Below are positions 39,628-49,137 of a stretch of 64,000 bases of DNA, one piece after another. Origin of the DNA: Candidatus Marinacidobacterium sp. (lineage in GTDB: Bacteria > Acidobacteriota > Vicinamibacteria > Marinacidobacterales > Marinacidobacteraceae). The notes under the pieces are model-generated. The model was given only the letters and a program-made list of their open reading frames with translations. It searched no databases and was not told the origin of the DNA. A program made the translations under genes and the position numbers. The stretch spans positions 1,247,993 through 1,311,992 of the forward strand of contig OZ241856.1 of NCBI GenBank assembly GCA_965202845.1, written 5' to 3'. Position 1 is the stretch's first letter; the number at the start of each line of letters is the position of its first letter.

Positions 39628-40143
39628 CTACTCGTTCTGGAAGATGCCGGCGTAGAGGCGCTCGGCCGGCCGGGAGAGCTGGAAGAACAGAAGCTGCATG
39701 ACCCGGGCGTCCGGCGCCAGCTCCAGCCCGGCCGGGTGGTGGACGGTCAGCAGCGAGCCGCTCCGCCCCGAATAGCCGGAATCCCAGACAGCGGTGCCGA
39801 CCTGGGCGCCGCCGCGCAACAGCGAGGAGCGGGTGCGGCCGATCGCAAAGACGTCGGGCGGAATGTGCACCACCTCCCGGTAGCGGATCCACCAGGCGCC
39901 AGGCGCCAGCCGCCAGCCACCTTCCCGGCGCTCCTCCAGCGGGACGGTTTCCGGCAGCCGCCGGGCGCTGTTGTCGAAGTCCACCCGCACCGGCGGCCCG
40001 TCGCTCCCGAAGGCATGCACCTCGGCCAGGGTCAGGTCCACCCCGTTCATCTGGATCTGAACCTCGGGATCGCGAAGGTCCTCGATGAGCGGCGGCTGGT
40101 TCCGCAAGCGGCGGCGAAGCGCGGTGCCGGTGAGCAGCTCCAC
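39628..40143 (-). CDS. dCTP deaminase/dUTPase-fold family protein, divergent paralog
   Basis: 171 aa; dUTPase-like jelly-roll motifs (GRTRSSLLRGG...WDSGYSGRSGSL...VMQLLFF) resembling the archaeal-type bifunctional dCTP deaminase; immediately downstream of dcd. Confidence 0.55.
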   Translation of the reverse strand: MELLTGTALRRRLRNQPPLIEDLRDPEVQIQMNGVDLTLAEVHAFGSDGPPVRVDFDNSARRLPETVPLEERREGGWRLAPGAWWIRYREVVHIPPDVFAIGRTRSSLLRGGAQVGTAVWDSGYSGRSGSLLTVHHPAGLELAPDARVMQLLFFQLSRPAERLYAGIFQNE

Positions 40144-40147
40144 CGTT

Positions 40148-40717
40148 TCAGCCGCCAGGCAGGATGGTGGGCAGGGTGATGCGCTCCTGCCCCTGGTATT
40201 TCCCCTTCTTGTCCCGGTAGCTGGTCTCGCAGGTCTCGTCGCTCTCGAAGAACAGCACCTGGGCGATGCCCTCGCCGGCGTAGATGCGGCAGGGGAGCGG
40301 GGTGGTGTTCGAAATCTCCAGCGTGGCGTTGCCTTCCCACTCGGCGTCGAAACCAGTCACGTTGATGATGATGCCGCACCGGGCGTAGGTGGACTTCCCG
40401 ATGCACACGCCGTAGACGTTCCGGGGCATCCGGAAGTTCTCGATGGTGTTGGAGAGAGCGAAGGAGTTGGGGGGGATCACGCAGACCTCGCCCTTGTAGT
40501 CCACGAAGCTCCGCTCGTCGAAGTTCTTGGGGTCCACCACCGTGGTGTGGACGTTGGTGAAGATCTTGAACTCGTCCGAAACCCGGATGTCGTACCCGAA
40601 CGCCGAGAGTCCGTAGGAGATCACGCCGCGGCCGACCTGCCCGTCCACGAACGGGTCGATCAGCCGGTGTTCCCGCGCCATCCGGCGGATCCAGGAATCC
40701 GGCTTGATTCCGGGCAC
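40148..40717 (-). CDS. dcd: dCTP deaminase
   Basis: 189 aa from a GTG start ([23 protein letters not shown]...); canonical Dcd N-terminus and EFKIFT...[25 protein letters not shown] core. Confidence 0.8.
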   Translation of the reverse strand: MPGIKPDSWIRRMAREHRLIDPFVDGQVGRGVISYGLSAFGYDIRVSDEFKIFTNVHTTVVDPKNFDERSFVDYKGEVCVIPPNSFALSNTIENFRMPRNVYGVCIGKSTYARCGIIINVTGFDAEWEGNATLEISNTTPLPCRIYAGEGIAQVLFFESDETCETSYRDKKGKYQGQERITLPTILPGG

Positions 40718-40721
40718 GGAA

Positions 40722-41147
40722 TCAGCGAGCGCCGCGGGCGGCGAAATCGGGAAAGAAGAAGTTGATTTCGACGTCCGCATTGGACGGCGAGTCGGAGCCG
40801 TGGACGGCGTTCCGCTCGATGCTGGAAGCGAATCGGGCGCGCAGCGTGCCCGGCGCCGCCTCTTCGGGATTGGTGGCGCCCATGAGCTGGCGCAGCCGGT
40901 TCACGGCATCCTCGCGCTCCAGCGCCGCGGCCACCAGCGGGCCGGAGGACATGAACCCGGTGAGGCTCTCGAAGAACGGACGCTCGGCGTGCACCGAGTA
41001 AAACGCCTCGGCTTCCTGTTTCGACAAGTGCGTCATCCGGAGCGCCCGGATGCGGAAGCCGTCCTCCTCCATGGCGGAAAGGATCGCGCCGGCGCTTCCG
41101 GCGGCCACCGCGTCCGGCTTGATGATGGTGAGAGTACAAGTCGCCAT
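40722..41147 (-). CDS. ndk: nucleoside-diphosphate kinase
   Basis: [14 protein letters not shown]... with the NAVHGSDS active-site histidine motif. Confidence 0.9.
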   Translation of the reverse strand: MATCTLTIIKPDAVAAGSAGAILSAMEEDGFRIRALRMTHLSKQEAEAFYSVHAERPFFESLTGFMSSGPLVAAALEREDAVNRLRQLMGATNPEEAAPGTLRARFASSIERNAVHGSDSPSNADVEINFFFPDFAARGAR

Positions 41148-41161
41148 GATGGAAAAACCCC

Positions 41162-42037
41162 TCAGCGGCCGGTGAGGACCGCCTGTACGCCGGCGCCGAT
41201 GTCGGCGGGACTGTCGACCACCGCGGCGCCCGCCGAGCGGAGCGCCTCCACCTTGTCGGCGGCGGTCCCCTTCCCGCCCATGACGATGGCGCCGGCGTGC
41301 CCCATGCGACGTCCAGGGGGCGCGGTCTGGCCGGCGATGAACGCCACCACCGGCTTCGGAAAGTCGCGGCGGATGCGCTCGGCGGCCTCTTCCTCGGCGC
41401 CGCCGCCGATCTCGCCGATGAGAACCACCGCTTCGGTCTCCTCGTCGGCGGCGAACTCTTCGAGCGCGTCCACGAACGAGGTCCCCACCACCGGGTCGCC
41501 CCCGATGCCGACGCAGGTGCTCTGACCGATGCCGCGTTCCGTCAGCTGGTGGACCGCCTCGTAGGTCAGGGTTCCGCTGCGGGAGACCACCCCCACCGGC
41601 CCCTCGCGATGGATGGCGCCCGGCATGATCCCGACCTTGGCGCGGCCGGGGGAGATGACGCCGGGACAGTTGGGGCCGATGAGGCGGGTTCCGCCTTCCC
41701 GGAGGGTTCGCATGAGCCGCACCATGTCCCGGGCCGGCGCCCCCTCGGTGATGGTGACCACCAGCGGGATTCCGGCGTCGGCCGCCTCGGCGATCGCGTC
41801 GGCGGCGAAGGGAGGCGGCACGAAGACCAGCGAGACGTTCGCCCCGGTGGCCGCCGCCGCCTCGCGCACGGTGTCGAAGACCGGCGCTCCCAGGGCCTCC
41901 TGCCCTCCCTTGCCGGGGACCACCCCGGCGACCAGGTTCGTGCCGTAGTCCCGGCAGGCCGCCGCATGGAAGCTGCCCTCGCGGCCGGTGATGCCCTGGA
42001 CCAGCAGTCTGGTTTCCTTGTCGACGAGGATGCTCAA
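41162..42037 (-). CDS. sucD: succinate--CoA ligase (ADP-forming) alpha subunit
   Basis: TTG start ([18 protein letters not shown]) overlapping the sucC stop; CoA-binding motif and phosphohistidine loop (GHAGAIV). Confidence 0.85.
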   Translation of the reverse strand: MSILVDKETRLLVQGITGREGSFHAAACRDYGTNLVAGVVPGKGGQEALGAPVFDTVREAAAATGANVSLVFVPPPFAADAIAEAADAGIPLVVTITEGAPARDMVRLMRTLREGGTRLIGPNCPGVISPGRAKVGIMPGAIHREGPVGVVSRSGTLTYEAVHQLTERGIGQSTCVGIGGDPVVGTSFVDALEEFAADEETEAVVLIGEIGGGAEEEAAERIRRDFPKPVVAFIAGQTAPPGRRMGHAGAIVMGGKGTAADKVEALRSAGAAVVDSPADIGAGVQAVLTGR

Positions 42038-43203
42038 GACGACGCCTCCTCCAGCAGGGCGACCACCTTCTCCGCCGCGTCCCGCATCCCGTCGGCGGCG
42101 GTGAAGGGAAGCCCGGATTCGCCGAGCATTCGGCGGGCGATCCCGACGTTGGTGCCCTCCATCCGGACCACGATGGGAAGCCGGACGCCCAGACTTCCGA
42201 CCGCCGCGATCAGTCCCTGGGCCAACCGGTCGCAGCGGAGGATGCCGCCGAAGATGTTGATCAGCACCACCCGCACGTCGGCGTCGGAGGTCAGGATGCG
42301 AAAGGCGTTTTCGATCTGTTCGGCGCTCGCCCCGCCCCCCACGTCGAGGAAGTTGGCGGGCGCCGCTCCCGCGAGCTGCACGATGTCCATGGTGGCCATG
42401 GCGAGTCCGGCGCCGTTCACCATGCACCCCACCGAACCTTCGAGCTTGATGTAGTTCAGCCGATACCGGCTCGCCTCCACCTCCAGCGGCGACTCCTCGT
42501 GGATGTCCCGGAGCGCGGCGGCCCGCTTTTGCCGGTACAGCGCGCTGTCGTCCACCGAAACCTTGGCGTCGAGCGCCAGCAACTTGCCGTCCACGGTGAC
42601 CAGCATCGGGTTGATCTCCACCTGGCTGGCGTCGAGCTGGTCGTGCGCCCGATACAGCGCGGTGAGGAAATCCACCGCCGGACGCAGCAGCGGTCCGTCG
42701 AGTCCCAGGCCGAACGCGAGCGCCCGCGCCTGAAACGGCTGCAACCCCATCGCCGGGTCGATCCCGACGCTGAGAATCTTCTCCGGGGAGGCGGCGGCGA
42801 CCTCCTCGATGTCCATCCCGCCGGAGGCGCTGGCGAGGCACATCATGCGCCCGCTCGCCCGGTCCAGGGTGAAGCTCGCGTACAGCTCGCGGGCGATGTC
42901 CACCCCCTCCTCGATCAGCAGCCGCCGCACCTTCCGCCCCTCGGGGCCGGTCTGATGGGTGACCAGGGTGGAGCCCAGGAGCGCTTCGGCGGCTTCCCGG
43001 ACCGCGTCCTCGGTGCGGGCCAGGCGCACCCCGCCCGCCTTCCCCCGGCCGCCGGCGTGGATCTGCGCCTTCACCACCACCGGAAAACCCAGTTCGCGGG
43101 CCGCCTCCAGGGCCGCCGGGACCGTCTCCACCGGACGCCCGCGGGGCACGGGCACGCCGTGGTCGGCGAGGAGCGCCTTGGCCTGGAACTCGTGGAGATT
43201 CAC
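42034..43203 (-). CDS. sucC: succinate--CoA ligase (ADP-forming) beta subunit
   Basis: [20 protein letters not shown]...; ATP-grasp domain. Confidence 0.9.
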   Translation of the reverse strand: MNLHEFQAKALLADHGVPVPRGRPVETVPAALEAARELGFPVVVKAQIHAGGRGKAGGVRLARTEDAVREAAEALLGSTLVTHQTGPEGRKVRRLLIEEGVDIARELYASFTLDRASGRMMCLASASGGMDIEEVAAASPEKILSVGIDPAMGLQPFQARALAFGLGLDGPLLRPAVDFLTALYRAHDQLDASQVEINPMLVTVDGKLLALDAKVSVDDSALYRQKRAAALRDIHEESPLEVEASRYRLNYIKLEGSVGCMVNGAGLAMATMDIVQLAGAAPANFLDVGGGASAEQIENAFRILTSDADVRVVLINIFGGILRCDRLAQGLIAAVGSLGVRLPIVVRMEGTNVGIARRMLGESGLPFTAADGMRDAAEKVVALLEEASS

Positions 43204-43206
43204 GGA

Positions 43207-44133
43207 TCAGACGCCGATGGTGTCCACCAGCTCGCGGACCGAGGCGGCCGAGCGGTCCAGCGCCGCCCGTTCGTCGGGATTCAGGGTGATTTCGACCACT
43301 TCCTCCATCCCGTTGCGCCCCAGCTTGATCGGAACGCCCATGCAGAGGCCGTCCACCCCGTACTCGCCCTCGAGGAACACCGTGCAGGGGAGGATCTTCA
43401 TCCGGTTTCCCAGGATCGCGTCCACCATCTCGGCGATCGCCGCCGAAGGGGCGTAGTAGGCCGAACCCGCCTTCAGGTACGCGACGATCTCGCCGCCGCC
43501 CTTGCGGGTGCGCTGGACGATCCGGTCGATGGCCGGGGCATCGAGCAGGTCCGGGAGGGGGATGCCGGCCACCGTGGTGTAGCGGGGCAACGGCACCATG
43601 TCGTCACCGTGCCCACCCAGCACGAATGCGTGGACGTTGGTGACGGACACCTTGAGCTCGGCGGCGATGAAGGAGCGCATCCGCGCCGAATCGAGGATGC
43701 CGGCCATGCCGATCACCCGGCGGCGGGGGAGCTTGCTGGCGCGGTAGGCGGTCTGCACCATGGCGTCCAGCGGGTTCGAGACCACGATCAGGATGGCGTC
43801 GGGCGAGACCGCGACGGCGCTCTCGGTGACGTGTTTCACGATCGCATGGTTCTTGCGCAGCAGGTCGTCGCGGCTCATCCCCGCCTTGCGGGGGAGCCCG
43901 GCGGTGATCACCACGATGTCGGAGCCGGCGGTGTCCTGGTAGTCGTTGGTCCCGAAGACGAAGCTGTCGCTGCCGCTCACCGGGGCGGCCTCCAGCATGT
44001 CGAGGCCCTTCCCCTGCGGGATGCCGTCGAGGATGTCGATCAGGACCACGTCCGCCGCTCCGTCGTCGGTCAGTCGCTGCGCTGTGGTCGCGCCGACGTT
44101 GCCGGCGCCCACGATGGTCACCTTGGGACGCAT
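43207..44133 (-). CDS. mdh: malate dehydrogenase (LDH-like family)
   Basis: [16 protein letters not shown]... Rossmann fold plus the IVVSNPLD and GGHGD motifs. Confidence 0.9.
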   Translation of the reverse strand: MRPKVTIVGAGNVGATTAQRLTDDGAADVVLIDILDGIPQGKGLDMLEAAPVSGSDSFVFGTNDYQDTAGSDIVVITAGLPRKAGMSRDDLLRKNHAIVKHVTESAVAVSPDAILIVVSNPLDAMVQTAYRASKLPRRRVIGMAGILDSARMRSFIAAELKVSVTNVHAFVLGGHGDDMVPLPRYTTVAGIPLPDLLDAPAIDRIVQRTRKGGGEIVAYLKAGSAYYAPSAAIAEMVDAILGNRMKILPCTVFLEGEYGVDGLCMGVPIKLGRNGMEEVVEITLNPDERAALDRSAASVRELVDTIGV

Positions 44134-44151
44134 GATTCCTCCTCGGGGGGG

Positions 44152-45561
44152 TCAACCCACGTTGGCCATGTTGGCGATGACCTCGGAGGCGAACTCCGAA
44201 GTCTTCAGCCGGGTCGCGCCCGGCATCAACCGGTGGAAATCGTAGGTCACCCGCCTGGCGGCGATGCTGGCCTCCAGCCCCTTCTCGATCCGGTCGGCGG
44301 CCTCGCCCCAGCCGAGATGCCGGAACATCATCACGCCGGACAGGATCACCGAACCCGGGTTCACCATGTCCCGGTCCGCATACTTGGGCGCGGTCCCGTG
44401 GGTGGCCTCGAAGATGGCGTGCCCGGTCACGTAGTTGATGTTGCCGCCGGGGGCGATGCCGATGCCGCCGATCTGGGCGGCGAGGGCGTCCGAAAGGTAG
44501 TCACCGTTCAGGTTCATGGTGGCGATGACGTCGAAGTTGCGCGCCCGGGTCAGCACCTGCTGCAAGGTGATGTCGGCGATGGTGTCCTTGACCATCAGCT
44601 TCCGCTTCCAGCGACCCTCGCCGTGCGACGCCCACAGCGCGTCGAGGCAGGCGGCGACCTCGGCGCGGAGCGCCGCCTGCTGCTCCGGAGTCATCAGGTC
44701 GTACCCCGGATCCACCGCGCGGGCGTTGTCCTCGGCGCTCCATTCAGGATGCTCTTCGCGGTTGGCGAGAATCCAGCTCTCCCGCTCGGTCACCGTCTCA
44801 TCCCGGAATTCGCGGACCGCGAGCGCGTACCCCCAGTCGCGGAACGCGCCCTCGGTGAATTTCATGATGTTGCCCTTGTGCACCAGGGTGACGCTGCGGC
44901 GCCCCTCCTTCAGGGCGTAGCGAATCGCCGCCCGCGCCAGCCGCTCGGTGCCCTCGCGGCTCACCGGCTTGATCCCGATCCCGGAGGAGTCCGGGAAGCG
45001 GATTTTGGTGGCGCCCATCTGGTCGCGCAGGAAGGCGACGACCCGCTTCGCCTCTTCGGTTTCGGCGCGGAATTCGATGCCGGCGTAGATGTCCTCGCTG
45101 TTCTCCCGGAAGATCACCATGTCCACCTGCTCCGGATCCCGCACCGGGCTGGGGACGCCCGCGTACCACTTCACCGGCCGCAGGCAAACGTACAGGTCGA
45201 GAAGCTGGCGAAGCGCCACGTTCAGCGAGCGGATGCCGCCGCCGACCGGAGTGGTCAGCGGCCCCTTGATGCCGACCAGGTACTCCTTGAAGACCCGCAC
45301 CGTCTCGTCGGGCAGCCAGTCCCCGGTCCGGTTGAAAGCCTTTTCCCCGGCGAGCGCCTCCAGCCAGACGACCCGGCGCTTGCCTCCGTAGGCGCGCTCG
45401 ACCGCCGCATCGAACACCCGGACGCTGGCGCGCCAGATGTCCCGTCCGGTGCCGTCGCCCTCGATGAAGGGAATGATCGGATGGTCGGGAACGTTCAGGA
45501 TTCCGTTCTCGACACGGATGCGGCCGCCCTCGGGCGGCGGAAGTACCGGTTCGGTGCTCAT
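44152..45561 (-). CDS. icd: NADP-dependent isocitrate dehydrogenase
   Basis: 469 aa from [13 protein letters not shown] inside ORF 44152..45627; IDH motifs ([20 protein letters not shown]). Confidence 0.9.
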   Translation of the reverse strand: MSTEPVLPPPEGGRIRVENGILNVPDHPIIPFIEGDGTGRDIWRASVRVFDAAVERAYGGKRRVVWLEALAGEKAFNRTGDWLPDETVRVFKEYLVGIKGPLTTPVGGGIRSLNVALRQLLDLYVCLRPVKWYAGVPSPVRDPEQVDMVIFRENSEDIYAGIEFRAETEEAKRVVAFLRDQMGATKIRFPDSSGIGIKPVSREGTERLARAAIRYALKEGRRSVTLVHKGNIMKFTEGAFRDWGYALAVREFRDETVTERESWILANREEHPEWSAEDNARAVDPGYDLMTPEQQAALRAEVAACLDALWASHGEGRWKRKLMVKDTIADITLQQVLTRARNFDVIATMNLNGDYLSDALAAQIGGIGIAPGGNINYVTGHAIFEATHGTAPKYADRDMVNPGSVILSGVMMFRHLGWGEAADRIEKGLEASIAARRVTYDFHRLMPGATRLKTSEFASEVIANMANVG

Positions 45562-45654
45562 GAACTCCTCTGTAAACAACAGCGCTGGATGCCATCCCCG
45601 GACGGCGGCGACCCGGGAAACGAACACCCGGCGCGAGCCGGCGCGGATTCTATA

Positions 45655-46851
45655 TCAGGCGGAGGCGGCGCGACGCTCGAAGAACGTTCGCACCCGCTCC
45701 ATCCCCTTCGCGATGTCCTCCTCGCTGGTCGCGAAACTCATGCGAAGGTGGGCGTCGCACCCGAAGGCGCCGCCGGGAACCGTCGCGACCCGCTCCCGGA
45801 GCAGCGCCGCGGCGAGCTCCTGCGAGGTCTCGCCGGGAAGCATCCGCTCCCCGAAATCGGGGAACAGGTAGAAGCCGCCGTCGGGAGTCCAGCACCGGAC
45901 GCCGGGTATGGCGCGGAGCTCCTCGCGCATGATCCGCATGCGCCGTTCGAAGGTACTGGTCATCCAGGCGAAGTCAGCCGGATCGGCCCGGAGGGCGGCG
46001 AGCGCCGCCTTCTGCGAGATCGAGCAGGCGTTCGAGGTCATCTGGCTCTGGAGGGAGGCGGCGGCGGCGATCACCGGCGCCGGACCGAGCGCCCAGCCGA
46101 GCCGCCAGCCGGTCATCGCATACGACTTGGACGCCGACCCGGCGATCAGCAGGCGGTGTCCCAGGATGTCCGCCGCCGCCCGCCACATGCCTTCGGGGAC
46201 CGGCTCGAAGGTCAGCCGAGCGTAGGTGTCGTCCCAAAGCAGATACGCATCCGCATCGGCGGCCAGCCGCGCCACCTCCAGCAGCTCCTCCGGCGCCAGC
46301 ACGACCCCGAAGGGGTTCCCGGGAATGTTCAGGATGATCAGCCGGGTGCGTTCGCCGACGTGCGGCTCGATCACCGCGCGGGTGGGGCGGAAGGCATCGT
46401 CCGCGGAAGCGGGCGCCAGCCGCGGGGTCGCCTCCGCGATCCGGACCTGCTCCGGAAAGGTCGGCCAGTACGGAACCGGGATCACCACATCGTCTCCCGC
46501 CTCGCAGGTGGCGAGGAGCAATCCGGTGAGCGCGTGCTTGCCGCCGCTGGTGAGCAAAACCCCGGAAGCTCCGAAATCCAGCCCGTAGTCGAGGCGGTAG
46601 CGCTCGGCCGCCGCCTCCCGCGCCTCGGGCGCTCCGGCGTTCGGGGTGTAGCGGGTGTAGCCGGAACGGATGGCCTCCATCCCGGCGTCTTTCGCCACGT
46701 CCGGCGTCGGAAAATCCGGCTGGCCGGCGGAGAAATCCACCACGTCCTCGCCCGCCGCCTTGAGCCGCATCGCTTCGGCCATGACCGCCATGGTCGGGGA
46801 GGGCGCGATCCGGGAGACCCGGGACGCGAGACGAGGCGCGGATTCGGTCAC
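45655..46851 (-). CDS. class I/II pyridoxal-phosphate-dependent aminotransferase (aspartate aminotransferase family)
   Basis: Fold type I aminotransferase with the PLP-lysine motif SASKSYAMTGWRLGW; a GTG start at 46851 gives a 4-nt overlap with coaD; the upstream ATG at 46896 would overlap coaD by 49 bp. Confidence 0.75.
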   Translation of the reverse strand: MTESAPRLASRVSRIAPSPTMAVMAEAMRLKAAGEDVVDFSAGQPDFPTPDVAKDAGMEAIRSGYTRYTPNAGAPEAREAAAERYRLDYGLDFGASGVLLTSGGKHALTGLLLATCEAGDDVVIPVPYWPTFPEQVRIAEATPRLAPASADDAFRPTRAVIEPHVGERTRLIILNIPGNPFGVVLAPEELLEVARLAADADAYLLWDDTYARLTFEPVPEGMWRAAADILGHRLLIAGSASKSYAMTGWRLGWALGPAPVIAAAASLQSQMTSNACSISQKAALAALRADPADFAWMTSTFERRMRIMREELRAIPGVRCWTPDGGFYLFPDFGERMLPGETSQELAAALLRERVATVPGGAFGCDAHLRMSFATSEEDIAKGMERVRTFFERRAASA

Positions 46852-47342
46852 CGGGATCCTCCATGCAATTTGCGGATCAGCCGCTCCCGGACGCATTCCG
46901 GAACCAGTCCGGCGACGTCCCCGGACAGGGCGGCGATCTCCTTGACCAGCCGGGAGCTCACATAGGAGTACTCCTCCGCCGGGGTGAGAAAGACGGTCTC
47001 CACTTCGGGAGCGAGGCGCCGGTTCATCAGCGCCATCTGGAACTCGTACTCGAAGTCGGAAAGCGCCCGGATGCCCCGGACGATCGCGGTCGCGTTCCGC
47101 TTGCGCGCATAGGCCACCAGCAGTCCGGAGAAGGAGTCGGTCTCGACGCCGGAGTCCTCCCGGAAGGTGGCGGCGATGATCTCCTTCCGCTCCGCCAGCG
47201 AGAACAGCGGCGCCTTTTCCGGGTTCTGGAGGATCGCCACCACCACCCGCTCGAACAGGCGGGAAGCCCGGCGGATGATGTCCACGTGGCCCAACGTCAG
47301 GGGGTCGAACGAACCCGGGCAGATCGCAATTCGGGGTCTCAT
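46848..47342 (-). CDS. coaD: pantetheine-phosphate adenylyltransferase
   Basis: MRPRIAICPGSFDPLTLGHVDII (H/TxGH motif). Confidence 0.9.
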   Translation of the reverse strand: MRPRIAICPGSFDPLTLGHVDIIRRASRLFERVVVAILQNPEKAPLFSLAERKEIIAATFREDSGVETDSFSGLLVAYARKRNATAIVRGIRALSDFEYEFQMALMNRRLAPEVETVFLTPAEEYSYVSSRLVKEIAALSGDVAGLVPECVRERLIRKLHGGSR

Positions 47343-47443
47343 CGGAGTCTCAATTGGGGAACGTAGCAGCGAATTCGGGGAGTTTTCCACAATTTGGGCC
47401 TCAAATTCGGGGCTGACGCGACAAAAAGCGTTCTGCTGCGTGT

Positions 47444-48031
47444 CTATTCCCTATGCGCTTTTTCCGTTTCGGGGCGAAAGAGCGTGAAGCCACCGTCCCC
47501 CGCTGCGAATTTTCGGACCGATCGGTAGCCCGGCGGCGGCGCCGGAGTCAGCGAGGCGGGATGCTCCACGGCGAGGAGCGCCGGCGCCAGCTCCCCGGCC
47601 CGCCGCGCCAGCTTCCCGGCGCTTCCGTCCCGCCAGTCGGACCACGGCGGGTCCAGCAGAACGACCTGGAATCGCTCCCCGGCCGCCAGCAGTTTCGGAA
47701 GGACGCGGGCGGCGTCCCCGGTATGCAGCCGGTAGCGCGCCCGGCCCAGACCGAGACGGCGGGCGTTCCGCTCAATCAGGGCGGACCCGGCGCGGGACCG
47801 CTCAATGAAGGTGCAAGAAACCGCTCCTCGGGAGAGCGCCTCGAATCCCAGGGCGCCGATCCCGGCGCATACGTCGAGCGCCTGCGCGTCCAACAGGTCG
47901 TCGCGCATCACCTCGAACACGCTCTTCCGCAGCCGGATGGCCGTCGGACGCAGCCCGGTCGATCTCGCCGACCGCGGCGGTCCGACCAGCATCCGCCCCG
48001 CAAACACCCCACCAGCAAGGCGCGCGCTCAT
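47444..48031 (-). CDS. rsmD: 16S rRNA (guanine966-N2)-methyltransferase
   Basis: 195 aa from MSARLAGGVF; RsmD motifs (LDVCAGIGALGFEALSRGA, DPPW). Confidence 0.8.
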   Translation of the reverse strand: MSARLAGGVFAGRMLVGPPRSARSTGLRPTAIRLRKSVFEVMRDDLLDAQALDVCAGIGALGFEALSRGAVSCTFIERSRAGSALIERNARRLGLGRARYRLHTGDAARVLPKLLAAGERFQVVLLDPPWSDWRDGSAGKLARRAGELAPALLAVEHPASLTPAPPPGYRSVRKFAAGDGGFTLFRPETEKAHRE

Positions 48032-48069
48032 CGCGATCCCGCGCCTTCCCACCCAACCAAGGAGATCCC

Positions 48070-49137
48070 ATGCCTTTGGCGCTTCCCCAACCCCGGCCCG
48101 TCCTCCCCGCACCGATCCGGCGCCCCGCCCTCCGGGCCGTTCCCCGTCCGCAACCGGCGGTTCCCCGCCCTGCTTCGGATCTGACGCCGATCGCCGCCGT
48201 CTCGGCGGCGCTCCAGCCTGCCTCTTCCGGCGGCGCGCTCGCCGCCGCCCGCGAGCAGATCCGGATGTGGATCGAGAACCACACCGGTCGGCTCCGCCCC
48301 GACTTCGACGACCGCTGGGAGGAGGCGGAGGAGGGAATCCTGCGGATGCGGTTCGCGTCGCGCCGGAGCGAGATCGAGGCTGTTTCCCGGTCCACCGGAA
48401 ACGCTCGCTACTTCGCGGTGGCGCTGACCCTGCGGAGCCCGAACCGCCGGGTGCTCACCCGCACCATCATCTCGATTTTCGGGACCGGCGGCGTCTCCCG
48501 GATGCGGCTCACCCTGTTCGTTCCCGCCCACTCGTCGTGGCGTCCGGAGCACACCCCCTGGAGTCCGGCCCTGATCGGAAGGCTGGCGCGCCACCCCGGA
48601 CTCGCCGACTACGGCTTCCCGGTCCGGGCCGAACCGTGGATCGTGAGCAGCCAGGAGGAGGTGGACGAGTTCATCCGGCTCGTGACCCTTCCCGGCCGCA
48701 CCCGGCCCGTCTTTGCGACCGGCCTCGACGCCGGCGAGACCGACCCCCGGAGGGCGATTCTCGATCCCGACGAATTGCAGCAGCGCACCGTCGGGCTGTC
48801 CCACGTGGTGGTGCTGACCGGCCCGATGACCTTCGTGCTGACCGACCTGGTGGGACGCCGGTTCAGCGTGTTCGGCAATGCGTTCCGCACCTATCGCCCC
48901 GGCTGCATCCTCGACCGGGACGCCGACCAGCATCCGATGGCGCTCGGGGAAACGATGGCGACATGGGCGGCCGGGGGCAACCGCCGGTTCCTCGACACCC
49001 TCCAGAACGAGAGCTTCCGCACCAGCGTGCGTCTCCAGGCGCTCCCCGGACACCGCCTTCCCTTCCGGGAGCGGGATCTCTTCGGCGCCGCGCTCGGCGT
49101 CGGGGCCCAACACCACTCCCTCAGCCGGCGGCGGTGA
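48070..49137 (+). CDS. hypothetical protein (Pro-rich N-terminus, conserved-looking C-terminal 250 aa)
   Basis: 355-aa ORF between rsmD and recG on the opposite strand; no recognizable catalytic motif; the first 60 aa are Pro/Ala-rich and may be non-coding, with the real start possibly at the MWIENHTGRL Met. Confidence 0.4.
   Translation: MPLALPQPRPVLPAPIRRPALRAVPRPQPAVPRPASDLTPIAAVSAALQPASSGGALAAAREQIRMWIENHTGRLRPDFDDRWEEAEEGILRMRFASRRSEIEAVSRSTGNARYFAVALTLRSPNRRVLTRTIISIFGTGGVSRMRLTLFVPAHSSWRPEHTPWSPALIGRLARHPGLADYGFPVRAEPWIVSSQEEVDEFIRLVTLPGRTRPVFATGLDAGETDPRRAILDPDELQQRTVGLSHVVVLTGPMTFVLTDLVGRRFSVFGNAFRTYRPGCILDRDADQHPMALGETMATWAAGGNRRFLDTLQNESFRTSVRLQALPGHRLPFRERDLFGAALGVGAQHHSLSRRR

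Noticed and set aside
42499-46965. 1488-aa plus-strand ORF
   Set aside because: It lies antisense to sucC, mdh, icd and the aminotransferase, which all have strong homology on the minus strand. It is a low-complexity high-GC frame artefact.
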